64,000 nucleotides of DNA from Ignavibacteria bacterium (lineage in GTDB: Bacteria > Bacteroidota > Ignavibacteria > Kapaibacteriales > UBA961): positions 34,552 through 98,551 of the forward strand of contig CANLII010000005.1 in NCBI GenBank assembly GCA_947491315.1. Reading direction: 5' to 3'. Positions 9,775 through 19,592 of this stretch are shown piece by piece. The notes below the pieces were generated by a model that did not search any database, was not told the DNA's origin, and worked only from the letters and a program-made list of their open reading frames with translations. The position numbers were made by a program, and so were the translations under genes. How positions within the stretch are numbered: position 1 is the stretch's first letter; every line of letters begins with the position of its first letter.

Positions 9775-11553
9775 ATGAATCTTCTACCCTTTCTTACCCT
9801 CTTTCTTTGTTCTCTATCCTTTCTTCATGCTGATGAGAGAGTCAAGAGAATTCAATCGCATGTGCAGTATTTGTCATCAGATTCTCTGGAAGGTAGAGCA
9901 CCGGGAACTAAAGGAAATGTGCTTGCGGCTGAATATATCAAGAAGCAGTTCAAAAACATTGGTTTGCAACCCTATAATCAAGCTGATTATTTCCAAGACT
10001 TTTCAATTGTCACCGATATTCTATTGAATTCTAAGGGCAATGCACTTGTCCTAAATCATGGGAAAAAAGGACATTCGTTCTTATTGCAAAAAGAGTTCAT
10101 CCCGCTTGGCATTAGTGATACGGGAATGGCTCAATGTCCAATTGTCTTTGCGGGATATGGTATTTCTTCACCGTCTGACAATTATGATGATTATGGCGGA
10201 ATTGATGTGAAAAATGCTCTTGTGATTGTCTTGCGAGGCGCTCCGGAACAGGATAGTCCACATGGCAATCTCTCGCAATTCGCTGGTTTGAGAAGCAAGG
10301 CAATGACAGCAAAAGAGAAGGGTGCAAAAGCATTGCTTTGCGTTTCAGGTAGTCAATTTCCGGATTCACTCATGCCATTGCGTTTCGAGCAAGGCGGAAA
10401 AGTGGATGGCATGCTCATACTCAATGCCCTTACTTCTACTATTGAATCGTATTTACCGGAATTGAATGTGACTTCTTTGGAGAATGAGATTAAGTCAAGT
10501 AAAAAGCCCGCAAGTAAAATCTTTGCTGATCACTCCATGAATATTCATATTTCTTTGTCCGAGAAAAAGGTACAAACTTCTAATGTCATCGGATATATTC
10601 CCGGTACTGATCCTTCTAAAAAAAATGAAGTGATAGTTATAGGAGCTCATTTTGATCATTTGGGATGGGGAGGCGAAGGTTCGGGTACATTATCAAGTAT
10701 AAAAGAAAGTGCGATTCATCATGGCGCGGATGATAATGCTTCCGGTACAGCTGGCATAATTGAAATAGCAGATGCAATTGCCAAGAGTCCATTAAAAAGA
10801 CCTCTCATGTTCATTGGATTTACAGCTGAAGAACGAGGGCTGCTCGGCTCTGCACATTTCGTAAAGAATCCCACGATTGGTTTTGATAGCATTGCAATGA
10901 TGATAAATATGGATATGATCGGAAGATTGAAAGATGGCAAATTGAATATTGGTGGTATTGGTACTTCCTCACAATTCAAACCCATTGTGGATTCAATCGG
11001 CAAATTGCATCCTTTGACATTATCCTATACCGAAGATGGTTTTGGTCCGAGTGATCATGCATCCTTTTATGGAAAAGAAAAACCGGTTCTCTTTTTCTTT
11101 ACTGGTTTGCATGGAGATTATCATCGACCAAGTGATACTTGGGAAAAAATCAATTATGATGGCGAAAGCACGATTGTACAAATGGTTATACAAACACTCT
11201 CTGCGATTGATGCAAAGTATCAAAAACCCGATTATATAAAAGTAAAATCAAGCGCCCAGCCCGGACAAGTAATGTCTTTCAAAGTATCTCTCGGCATCAC
11301 ACCTGATTATAGCGATCATCCCAAAGGCATGAGAATTACTGGTGTGAGGGAAGGAGGAGCGGGTGAAAAAGCAGGTCTTATTGCCGATGATATTATTGTC
11401 AAAATGGGCACGACCGTCATAAAAAATGTATATGATTATACTTTTGCCCTTGGCAAATTTAAAGCTGGAGATTCAACAAATATGACTGTATTGCGTGGTC
11501 CTCGTGAGGACAAGGAAGTTGAATTGCAAGTGACTTTTCCGGCGAAGAAGTAA
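9775..11553 (+). CDS. Secreted M28-family zinc aminopeptidase with C-terminal PDZ domain
   Basis: Signal peptide MNLLPFLTLFLCSLSFLHA. M28 metal-binding motifs (…GAHFDHLGWG…, …GADDNASG…, …FTAEERGLLGS…). PDZ-like …ITGVREGGAGEKAGLIADDIIVKMG…. Confidence 0.7.
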   Translation: MNLLPFLTLFLCSLSFLHADERVKRIQSHVQYLSSDSLEGRAPGTKGNVLAAEYIKKQFKNIGLQPYNQADYFQDFSIVTDILLNSKGNALVLNHGKKGHSFLLQKEFIPLGISDTGMAQCPIVFAGYGISSPSDNYDDYGGIDVKNALVIVLRGAPEQDSPHGNLSQFAGLRSKAMTAKEKGAKALLCVSGSQFPDSLMPLRFEQGGKVDGMLILNALTSTIESYLPELNVTSLENEIKSSKKPASKIFADHSMNIHISLSEKKVQTSNVIGYIPGTDPSKKNEVIVIGAHFDHLGWGGEGSGTLSSIKESAIHHGADDNASGTAGIIEIADAIAKSPLKRPLMFIGFTAEERGLLGSAHFVKNPTIGFDSIAMMINMDMIGRLKDGKLNIGGIGTSSQFKPIVDSIGKLHPLTLSYTEDGFGPSDHASFYGKEKPVLFFFTGLHGDYHRPSDTWEKINYDGESTIVQMVIQTLSAIDAKYQKPDYIKVKSSAQPGQVMSFKVSLGITPDYSDHPKGMRITGVREGGAGEKAGLIADDIIVKMGTTVIKNVYDYTFALGKFKAGDSTNMTVLRGPREDKEVELQVTFPAKK

Positions 11554-11560
11554 GGCTTAT

Positions 11561-11914
11561 TCACATCGCATTGATGAGATGTCTGATATTTTGCTCTCCA
11601 TTGAGAAAATCAATGGCAATCAAATCGAATCTACATGGTTTATCGTGGATTTTATTGATATAAAGATATCCTTCGGCAACTCTTTTGATGGATTTGATTT
11701 TCTTTGATGTAATGGAGGACTCAGGAGCCCCAAATGCATGATGGGAACGAGCTTTTACTTCGATGAAAATAAGCATATTCTCATATTCGCAAATGATGTC
11801 AATCTCACCGACTTTACCGAATGTAAAATTTTTCTTTTTGATGCGATATCCCAATTCTTCAATAAATTTCACTGCAGTATCTTCGGCGATACTCCCTGCC
11901 TTGCGCTTATCCAT
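11561..11914 (-). CDS. yraN: YraN-family (UPF0102) putative endonuclease
   Basis: 117 aa with …GEIDIICEYENMLIFIEVKAR…, the PD-(D/E)xK-like YraN signature. Confidence 0.65.
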   Translation of the reverse strand: MDKRKAGSIAEDTAVKFIEELGYRIKKKNFTFGKVGEIDIICEYENMLIFIEVKARSHHAFGAPESSITSKKIKSIKRVAEGYLYINKIHDKPCRFDLIAIDFLNGEQNIRHLINAM

Positions 11915-11941
11915 GATATTCCCCTGATAATGTTCTCAAGT

Positions 11942-13324
11942 TTATATGAGACTTCCTAATAATGTTGCGCTTGAAGCCTTATTGATTTTGACTGAAATGA
12001 TATCACCTATCACATATGGAGTATACTCATTTTGAGGTACAATTGTGATTTTATTGGTATCTGTTCTTCCTTGCCATTCCATTGGATTTTTCTTGCTTGG
12101 TCCTTCTATCAAAATATGTTCAATCTTGCCGATTAACTCTTGATTGATTTCTCGGGCAATTGCATTTTGTTGATTGATGATTTCATTGAGTCTGCGAATT
12201 TTTAATTCATCAGGAATATCATCGCCCATTTTCCAAGCTTTGGTTCTTTCGCGTGGTGAATATTTGAACATATAAGCGCCATCATATCGCACTCTTCGCA
12301 TGAGTTCCATTGTGGCTTCATGATCCTCTTCGGTTTCGGTAGGGAATCCGGTAATGATATCAGTGGAAAGAGCGCAATCTGGCATGAGTTTTTTAATCAT
12401 CTCGATTCGCTCATAATAATGTTCGACAGGATGCGTACGATTCATAAGTGAAAGAATGCGATTGGATCCGGATTGTACAGGAAGGTGGATATACTTACAG
12501 ATATTATCATGCATTGCCATCGTTTCAATCAATTGGTCACTCATGTCCTGAGGATGTGAAGTGGTATAGCGAATACGCATGCTGGGAACTGCTATTGCAC
12601 ATGCATCGAGGAGTTCAGCGAAATTCTTTCCGGAATGTTCATCGCGATAACTATTGACATTCTGACCAAGCAGTGTGATTTCCTTGAACCCTTGATCATA
12701 GAGCGATTTTGCCTCATCAACGATAGATGCGAATGCTCGTGAACGCTCGCGACCCCTCGTGAAGGGAACAATGCAATAGGTGCAGAATTTATCGCAGCCA
12801 CGCATGATGGAAACCCAAGCACTGATGCCCTCAGTTCTGAATGGAAGGATGTCATCATATGTCTCAACGCGACTGAGTTTCACCGCAATTCCTTTTTCTC
12901 CAGAATATGCCCTTGAAATAAGCTCCGGAACTGTTCGATATTCATCAGGCCCCACAACCACATCGACCAATTCTTTTTCAAGAAGAGTTTCACGAAGTCT
13001 TTCAGCCATGCAACCCAGAATACCCACAACTAAATCACGATTGCGTTTTTTGTAATACTTCAAATGATTCAATCTCTCATGAATCTTCTTTTCGGCATTA
13101 TCACGAATGGCGCAAGTGTTTAGCAATATCACATCAGCAGATTCTGGAGTGTCGGTCATCGCATACCCTTGATTATGCATCACTCCACGCACAATTTCGG
13201 TATCATTCACATTCATCTGGCAGCCATATGTTTCAATATATAACTTGCGCTGATGAGCCGTGTGTATTGCTGAACTGATGACTTTTTCAGCTTGTATGTC
13301 TTGAAGTATTGGAAGCTCGAGCAT
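11942..13324 (-). CDS. miaB: tRNA-2-methylthio-N6-dimethylallyladenosine synthase (radical SAM methylthiotransferase)
   Basis: N-terminal MTTase domain (…YIETYGCQMNVNDTE…), radical-SAM CxxxCxxC (CDKFCTYC), and a C-terminal TRAM domain. 460 aa. Confidence 0.8.
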   Translation of the reverse strand: MLELPILQDIQAEKVISSAIHTAHQRKLYIETYGCQMNVNDTEIVRGVMHNQGYAMTDTPESADVILLNTCAIRDNAEKKIHERLNHLKYYKKRNRDLVVGILGCMAERLRETLLEKELVDVVVGPDEYRTVPELISRAYSGEKGIAVKLSRVETYDDILPFRTEGISAWVSIMRGCDKFCTYCIVPFTRGRERSRAFASIVDEAKSLYDQGFKEITLLGQNVNSYRDEHSGKNFAELLDACAIAVPSMRIRYTTSHPQDMSDQLIETMAMHDNICKYIHLPVQSGSNRILSLMNRTHPVEHYYERIEMIKKLMPDCALSTDIITGFPTETEEDHEATMELMRRVRYDGAYMFKYSPRERTKAWKMGDDIPDELKIRRLNEIINQQNAIAREINQELIGKIEHILIEGPSKKNPMEWQGRTDTNKITIVPQNEYTPYVIGDIISVKINKASSATLLGSLI

Positions 13325-13442
13325 TATTGTTCCGATCTAATTGTGTACTGATTGCAAAGATAATAAAATGAAAGCAGTTATATGCGTCAATGAATCCCGC
13401 AAAAGACCCTGAAGAAGCACAGAATCATCATAAACTACCTGC

Positions 13443-13466
13443 TTATCCACAGTGTATAGTGGATAA
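13443..13466. promoter_or_regulatory. Inverted pair of DnaA-box-like 9-mers upstream of dnaB
   Basis: TTATCCACA at 13443..13451 is a perfect consensus DnaA box. AGTGGATAA at 13458..13466 is the reverse complement TTATCCACT. Together they form the palindrome TTATCCACAgtgtatAGTGGATAA, about 90 bp upstream of the dnaB start. Confidence 0.4.
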
Positions 13467-13554
13467 CAAGCGCACTTCTTCACATACTGTGTTCAGCATG
13501 TCGAAAATCATAAATAAACACTACTTTTGCAGTCCAAAACAGAAAGGATTTGTC

Positions 13555-15039
13555 ATGAATTATTTTGATCAAATGCCGGTACCTTCCGGGAAACGCAAGG
13601 ATTCCCGCGAGGGGAATATGAATGTTCCCATGCATTATGATACATTGATCGGCAAGATTCCGCCTCATTCAATGGATGCCGAAATGGCAGTATTGGGTGC
13701 TATGCTTTTGGATAAAGCCGCTATACCAAAAGTCATTGAAATTCTCAAACCGGAAGCATTCTATAAAGAATCTCATCGTATCATGTATGATGCGATGTTA
13801 AAGCTTTTTTCCAAGGCCGTGAATGTGGACATCACCACGCTAGCCGAGGAATTACGCAGACTTGGTGTTTTGGAGCAAATAGGTGGAACATATGCTGTGA
13901 TTGAAGTCACATCGATGGTCCCCACTGCGGCGAATGTTGAGTATTATGCTCGCATCGTTTTGGAGAGATATATTAAGCGCTCTCTCATTTCCGTGGCAGG
14001 TGAAATTCTAGTACATGCCTATGATGAAACTACCGATGCACTAGAGGAAGTGGATGCAGCAGAATCAAAAATCTTTCAAATTGCCGAGCAAAGATTGGGT
14101 AAGAGCTTCATGACCATGAAGGAAATTGCTCATGATACTTTTAATATGCTCATGAAATTTAATGAGCAGGATTCAAAATCAGGAATTACTGGACTTGCTT
14201 CAGGTTTCACGAAACTTGATGATATATTGGGAGGTTTTCAGGATTCGGATTTGATAATCATCGCTGCCAGACCATCCATGGGAAAAACAGCATTTGCATT
14301 GAGCATCGCACGAAATATTGCCGTTGAATTCAAGCAACCTGTTGCATTTTTCTCGATAGAAATGGCCGCAAATCAGCTCATGATACGCCTTTTGAGCGCA
14401 GAGGCGAGAGTGAATGCACATGATATGCGAACGAATCGCATCCAAAAATCAGATATGGCAAAGATTTCTTCATCTATTGATGTTTTGTCTGAATCGCCAT
14501 TATTGATTGATGACAGTGCAACGCTCACGGTGATGGAGATACGCGCGAAATGTAGAAGACTGAAAGCCGAACATGATATCAAAATCATCGTCGTGGATTA
14601 TTTGCAATTTGTTTCTCCTCCAAAAGCTGAGAGTAGAGAAAGAGAAATTTCAGTAATTTCAAGATCACTCAAACAGATAGCGAAAGAATTAAATATACCG
14701 GTGATTGCACTTTCGCAGCTAAATCGGGGTGTTGAAACCCGAGCCGATAAAAGACCGATGCTCTCAGATTTGCGTGAATCTGGGTCCATCGAGCAAGATG
14801 CAGATGTTGTGATGTTCGTTAATAGACCCGAACAATATGGCATTCTTACTTGGGAAGACGGATCCTCCACTGAAGGTACCGCCGAAATTATCATTGCAAA
14901 GCAAAGAAATGGTCCTGTCGGTGATATCCGTTTGGCCTATCTCAAGAGCTTTGCACGGTTTGAAAATTTATCCATTCAATTCGATGAACCTACCGGATTT
15001 ATTGGTTCCGGTACTGCATTGGATGATATTGATTTTTAA
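13555..15039 (+). CDS. dnaB: Replicative DNA helicase
   Basis: N-terminal …PPHSMDAEMAVLGAMLL… matches the DnaB N-domain. Walker A ARPSMGKTAF. C-terminal RecA-like domain (…VDYLQ…, …SQLNRGVE…). Start placed at the ATG at 13555; the ORF is open from 13390. Confidence 0.85.
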   Translation: MNYFDQMPVPSGKRKDSREGNMNVPMHYDTLIGKIPPHSMDAEMAVLGAMLLDKAAIPKVIEILKPEAFYKESHRIMYDAMLKLFSKAVNVDITTLAEELRRLGVLEQIGGTYAVIEVTSMVPTAANVEYYARIVLERYIKRSLISVAGEILVHAYDETTDALEEVDAAESKIFQIAEQRLGKSFMTMKEIAHDTFNMLMKFNEQDSKSGITGLASGFTKLDDILGGFQDSDLIIIAARPSMGKTAFALSIARNIAVEFKQPVAFFSIEMAANQLMIRLLSAEARVNAHDMRTNRIQKSDMAKISSSIDVLSESPLLIDDSATLTVMEIRAKCRRLKAEHDIKIIVVDYLQFVSPPKAESREREISVISRSLKQIAKELNIPVIALSQLNRGVETRADKRPMLSDLRESGSIEQDADVVMFVNRPEQYGILTWEDGSSTEGTAEIIIAKQRNGPVGDIRLAYLKSFARFENLSIQFDEPTGFIGSGTALDDIDF

Positions 15040-15052
15040 TTTTGAGGAACAT

Positions 15053-15259
15053 ATGAAACATCAAGAATTGGCTATTGACGGCATGTCATGCGGACATTGC
15101 GTGAAAGCACTTACAAAAGAATTGACAGCGATCAAAGGCCTGAATGTACAAGAAGTCATCATCGGAAAGGCCATTATAGATTATGATCAGGAATTGGTCT
15201 CCGATGAAGACATTTTGCAAGCGATCGATGAAGCAGGATTTCGATTGGCCATGGGATGA
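15053..15259 (+). CDS. Heavy-metal-associated (HMA) domain copper chaperone, CopZ-like
   Basis: 68 aa with MxCxxC (GMSCGHC) in a ferredoxin-like fold. Starts 11 nt after the dnaB stop. Confidence 0.7.
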   Translation: MKHQELAIDGMSCGHCVKALTKELTAIKGLNVQEVIIGKAIIDYDQELVSDEDILQAIDEAGFRLAMG

Positions 15260-15723
15260 AACGAATTGCGATCATCCTCGCAATCCTGATTTCTTGTCTT
15301 TGTGAAGAGATGAGAGCATCCGATATTCCTGTGCAAGGCATCACAGTCGGCTTGCAAGCCGGTGACAAAGGAAAAGCCATTGAGGCTACTTATAGCTATG
15401 GAAGCTTGGTCTATTGGCCAAAAAGTACAAGTATCAAGGGTCTTGGGACGATTTCAGCGGGAATTGAAACAGGACCTTTGAATGCAGAAAAATTCATCAT
15501 TGCTCCAAAGATCAATTATACCATGAATTGGTTTGTTTCCTTTGGCGCATCAATGCTGTACTATACTGATTTTTCAGGTGGTTCTTTGAGATTCAGACCC
15601 GAAGTGGGGGTGTCGATGCTTGGGATAAGAGTATATCATGGGTGGAATTTCAGTGTGGATAGATATAATCCACTCCCGATGAATTCCTCGTTTTTTGGAA
15701 TGAGTTATTTCGTAAAACTCTGA
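15256..15723 (+). CDS. Small secreted hypothetical protein, outer-membrane beta-barrel-like
   Basis: Signal peptide MKRIAIILAILISC, alternating amphipathic beta-like segments, C-terminal aromatic residue (…YFVKL). Start overlaps the upstream stop in ATGA. Confidence 0.35.
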   Translation: MKRIAIILAILISCLCEEMRASDIPVQGITVGLQAGDKGKAIEATYSYGSLVYWPKSTSIKGLGTISAGIETGPLNAEKFIIAPKINYTMNWFVSFGASMLYYTDFSGGSLRFRPEVGVSMLGIRVYHGWNFSVDRYNPLPMNSSFFGMSYFVKL

Positions 15724-16499
15724 TGCCATGCATCAATAATTGCTTTGACGGCATCCATACCATCGGTCAATGCTGCAGGTCCTGGCTGTAAAATAATGGG
15801 AGATTTAATCTCAAAAAGTTGATTATTACCAATCGCATTGATGCCATCCCAACCCATTCTTGAAGTGATTTTCTCTTTTTTTACCCCTTTCCCGCACCAT
15901 GAGGCCATAATAATGTCGGGATTTCGCTCAATGATGATGTTTGGATCAGATATGATTCTGCTTTTTGCATCCTGAAAAACACGATGTTCAGAGAATATGT
16001 CCACTCCACCGCATAATTCAATGATTTCACTCACCCAAGAAATACCAGATATCAAAGGATCGAACCATTCTTCAAAGTAAATGCGGGGTCTTACAGTCAT
16101 GCGTATTGACTTTTCAGCCATATCCTCAATTCTTCTTTCGAGGAATGATCGGTATTCTTCGGCTTCGATACTTTTGTTGACGATTCTTCCGAGCATGGAG
16201 ACCATCTCCAAAATTCCATCTATCGTTCGGTGATTAAAGCAATGAACTGCAATGCCATGTTGAATCAATTGCGAGCAGATATTTGCTTGAAGATCGCTCC
16301 ATGCCAGAACAAGATCCGGTTTTAGATTCAGGATTTCATTGATATTAGCATCGAGATAGGTTGAAACTTTAGGTTTGGTTTTACGAGCAATTGCCGGACG
16401 CACGGTGAATCCCGAGATGCCGACGATGAGCTCATCGGCACCAATTGCATAGAGAGTTTCAGTTGTTTCTTCGGTAAGACAGATGATTCTCATAATCAC
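15705..16499 (-). CDS. BtuF/FecB-type periplasmic-binding-protein fold (cobalamin / siderophore binding-like), with no signal peptide
   Basis: PBP type III fold signature (…LKPDLVLAWSD…, …PDIIMASWCG…). The N-terminus MIMRIICLTEETTE lacks a leader. Confidence 0.5.
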   Translation of the reverse strand: MIMRIICLTEETTETLYAIGADELIVGISGFTVRPAIARKTKPKVSTYLDANINEILNLKPDLVLAWSDLQANICSQLIQHGIAVHCFNHRTIDGILEMVSMLGRIVNKSIEAEEYRSFLERRIEDMAEKSIRMTVRPRIYFEEWFDPLISGISWVSEIIELCGGVDIFSEHRVFQDAKSRIISDPNIIIERNPDIIMASWCGKGVKKEKITSRMGWDGINAIGNNQLFEIKSPIILQPGPAALTDGMDAVKAIIDAWHQSFTK

Positions 16500-17260
16500 A
16501 AACTCGCTTGTCGGATCCTTTCAAACAATATGACAGATGCGGCGGCCGATGCATTCAGAGATTCCACATTGCCATGCATTGGAATGCGAATCAGTTTAGT
16601 GCATTCTTTGCGGATGGCAGGTCTCATCCCTTTGCCTTCATTTCCAATAACGAGAATAGTGGGAGCGGAGAAGATGCCCATTTCAGTATAATTGAGTTCA
16701 GCAGATTCATCGGTTCCAACAATTTCATAACCAGCAGCTTTGCAATTGCGAAGAGCAACAACCAGTGAGTCTACCTTGGAAACAGGGAGGAATTCCATCG
16801 CTCCAGCGGCAGATTTGAATGTCGCAGGTGTGATTGGAGCTGAATTTTCCATAGGAATGATCATACCCGAGGCACCTGCACATTCAGCAGACCGAGCAAT
16901 TGCACCAACATTATGAGGATCATTGATTTCATCAAGTGCAATGATCAGTGGATTTGCCATCCCAGACAATCCCGCATCAAGAAGATCGAAAAGAATAAGA
17001 TAATCGATCATTGTTGTAAGTGCAATGACGCCTTGTGAAGACCCCCTTTCAAGAGGGATGCGGCGTTCCATTTCATTAAATTTCATTTTATCGGCAATAG
17101 CGCAAGCTACATTTGACTGCCTTGCCTTCATTCGTATTTCCTCAATTGCATCGCCGGCAGCGCCATATTGCACAAAAATCTTCTCGATTTCTCTGCCTGC
17201 ATTGAGTGCTTCGATGACAGAGCGTCTGCCATAGAGATAATGACCAGTTGTATTCTTCAT
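16496..17260 (-). CDS. SpoU/TrmH-family RNA 2'-O-methyltransferase (RlmB-like)
   Basis: 254 aa with the SPOUT motifs …LDEINDPHNVGAIARSAECAGA… and …IPMHGNVESLNASAAASVILFE…. 4 nt overlap with the downstream gene. Confidence 0.75.
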   Translation of the reverse strand: MKNTTGHYLYGRRSVIEALNAGREIEKIFVQYGAAGDAIEEIRMKARQSNVACAIADKMKFNEMERRIPLERGSSQGVIALTTMIDYLILFDLLDAGLSGMANPLIIALDEINDPHNVGAIARSAECAGASGMIIPMENSAPITPATFKSAAGAMEFLPVSKVDSLVVALRNCKAAGYEIVGTDESAELNYTEMGIFSAPTILVIGNEGKGMRPAIRKECTKLIRIPMHGNVESLNASAAASVILFERIRQASL

Positions 17261-17345
17261 TAATTCGCAGAAAACCCGTATTTTTACAAGCCTTTACCTC
17301 CCTATAGGAGGCGTTTGTTTCACCGCACAAAGATACAGTAATTCC

Positions 17346-17684
17346 ATGGATCGTTTAGAAACATTCCCAAATCCAGCTGTCGGAAGACAGTACCGCATCA
17401 AACATGTTTTACATGAGTTCACATCGGTGTGTCCATTGACCGGTCTTCCGGACTTTGCAACCGTGACCATCGACTATGTTCCTGATGCAATTTGTCTTGA
17501 ATTGAAATCGCTCAAATACTATTTCCTTGAATTTAGGAACATGGGTATATTCTATGAAGCGGTAACCAATAAGATCCTCGATGATTTGGTTGAACAATGC
17601 AATCCACTTGAAATGACCATCACAACAGACTGGGGCATAAGAGGTGGAATGTCAAGCGTCATAACCGCTTCTCATAGGAGATAA
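17346..17684 (+). CDS. queF: NADPH-dependent 7-cyano-7-deazaguanine (preQ0) reductase
   Basis: Single-domain QueF. Catalytic Cys (TSVCPLTG) and QueF motif ELKSLKYYF. Confidence 0.85.
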   Translation: MDRLETFPNPAVGRQYRIKHVLHEFTSVCPLTGLPDFATVTIDYVPDAICLELKSLKYYFLEFRNMGIFYEAVTNKILDDLVEQCNPLEMTITTDWGIRGGMSSVITASHRR

Positions 17685-17685
17685 G

Positions 17686-18117
17686 ATGGAATCCCGAATC
17701 GCCAAAGACTTTCATTGGGAGATGGGTCATCGACTTCCTTATCATCAAGGTGGTTGTCAGAATATTCATGGTCATTCATATACCATGCGCGTTGAAATTG
17801 TTGGAACCATTGATCCCGCGACCGGAATGGTGATTGATTATTTCGATCTAAAAGCGCTTGTGCAACCACTGATTGATCGCTTGGATCATTCATTCCTTTT
17901 GGATTCATCGGATACAGTTATGATGGAATTCTTCAAGACTCACCCCATGAAAGTGAATACCGTGGACTTTTATTCCACGGCTGAGAATATCGCTCACTAT
18001 ATGCTTCGTGAGCTTATTCCGGGTTTTGAGATTTTTTCAAATGTTTCCGAATTACTCATTCGTTTGCGTGAAACGGAACATACCTTTGCTGAAGCAGTGC
18101 ACATTTATACCAATTGA
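17686..18117 (+). CDS. queD: 6-carboxy-5,6,7,8-tetrahydropterin synthase (PTPS family)
   Basis: CxxxHGH motif (CQNIHGHSY). 143 aa. Lies immediately after queF. Confidence 0.8.
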   Translation: MESRIAKDFHWEMGHRLPYHQGGCQNIHGHSYTMRVEIVGTIDPATGMVIDYFDLKALVQPLIDRLDHSFLLDSSDTVMMEFFKTHPMKVNTVDFYSTAENIAHYMLRELIPGFEIFSNVSELLIRLRETEHTFAEAVHIYTN

Positions 18118-18137
18118 TCAGATTCAAAGCAGGAAAT

Positions 18138-19592
18138 ATGTCAGTAAGAGTTCGATTTGCGCCATCCCCAACAGGCTTCCTTCATATAGGTGGTTTGAGG
18201 ACAGCATTGTATAATTATTTATTTGCCAGACATCATGGTGGTGCTTGCATTCTCCGCATTGAAGATACAGATCAAACCAGATTTGTTGAAGGTGCAGAAG
18301 AAAATATCATTGACATCTCTCGATGGGCGGGAATGGAATTCGATGAAAGTCCTGAAAAGGGGGGTCCTCATGGTCCATATCGTCAGTCTGAACGCACCAA
18401 ATTGTATAGACAATATGCAGATGAGCTATTGGCTAATGACATGGCATATCGCGCATTCGACACATCCGAGGAATTGGAAGCCATGCGTGAACGACAAAAA
18501 AATGCGGGAATTGCAGCAAAGTATGATCGGACTGTCATGCGCAGTGAATACACCCTCGGACCCGACGAAACAAAGCGATTGCTCGATCAAGGTGCTGATT
18601 GTTGTATAAGATTGAAAGTGCCAGTTTCCGGTGAAATTAGATTCAATGACATCGTTCGCGGTGAAGTGATTGTCAATGCGCGTGATGTCGATGATCAAAT
18701 TCTTCTGAAATCAGATGGTTTTCCAACATATCATCTGGCAAATGTCGTGGATGACCATTTAATGGAAATTTCACATGTGATTCGAGGCGAGGAATGGCTC
18801 CCTTCCACCCCAAAACATGTTCTACTTTATCAGGCATTTGGATGGGACATGCCTACATTTGCACATCTTCCGCTGCTTTTGAATGAGGATAGATCCAAAA
18901 TGAGTAAACGATTTGGGGATGTATTCGCAAAGAGTTTCAGAGAAAAAGGATTCTTTGCCGATGCACTAGTCAATTTCGTGGCATTATTGGGTTGGAATCC
19001 AACTTCCGACAGAGAAATTTTCTCTATGCAGGAATTAATAGATCTATTTACTCTCGAAAAAGTGAATAAGGCAGGTGCGATATTTGACACCAAGAAACTT
19101 GAATGGATGAATGCACAATATCTTCGCAATGCAAATCCAGAATCACTTCTACCTCAATTGCAGGTCATTTTGCATGAGCATGATATCGAGATAAGTGATG
19201 AAAGAGCAAAAGATATTTTGACATTATTGAGAGAGCGCATCACATTCCTCAATGAAATACCAGGATTCGGCGCATATATGTTCTCTGATGATTATGTGAT
19301 TGATGAAGAGTATAAAGCAAAACATTGGACCGCAGAATCAAGCGCAATCATTTCATCACTTCTTCCACTTATGAAAGGTTTGGAAGAGTTCAATCATATA
19401 GCAATCAATGATACAATCGGTGCATTCACCAAAGAAAATGGAATCACCTCCAAATTGTTTATCCATCCTCTGCGAATGATTATTACCGGCAAACCTGTTG
19501 GTGCCGGACTCTATGAAACAATGGAAATGCTCGGCAAGGAAGTGTGCATTCGTAGAATTGAACGCTTCTTATCCGAAGAAGGAACAAGATGA
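18138..19592 (+). CDS. gltX: Glutamate--tRNA ligase
   Basis: HIGH-type motif (…SPTGFLHIGGLRTALYNY…) and KMSKS (KMSKRFG). Start placed at the ATG at 18138; a TTG lies at 18114. Confidence 0.9.
   Translation: MSVRVRFAPSPTGFLHIGGLRTALYNYLFARHHGGACILRIEDTDQTRFVEGAEENIIDISRWAGMEFDESPEKGGPHGPYRQSERTKLYRQYADELLANDMAYRAFDTSEELEAMRERQKNAGIAAKYDRTVMRSEYTLGPDETKRLLDQGADCCIRLKVPVSGEIRFNDIVRGEVIVNARDVDDQILLKSDGFPTYHLANVVDDHLMEISHVIRGEEWLPSTPKHVLLYQAFGWDMPTFAHLPLLLNEDRSKMSKRFGDVFAKSFREKGFFADALVNFVALLGWNPTSDREIFSMQELIDLFTLEKVNKAGAIFDTKKLEWMNAQYLRNANPESLLPQLQVILHEHDIEISDERAKDILTLLRERITFLNEIPGFGAYMFSDDYVIDEEYKAKHWTAESSAIISSLLPLMKGLEEFNHIAINDTIGAFTKENGITSKLFIHPLRMIITGKPVGAGLYETMEMLGKEVCIRRIERFLSEEGTR

Noticed and set aside
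17261-17345. Possible preQ1 riboswitch upstream of queF. A short hairpin, CCTCC-ctata-GGAGG, lies in the leader.
   Set aside because: There is no A-rich AAAAAACTA-type tail and no preQ1-I/II consensus loop. The hairpin is more likely an ordinary leader structure, or an SD-sequestering stem of unknown meaning.
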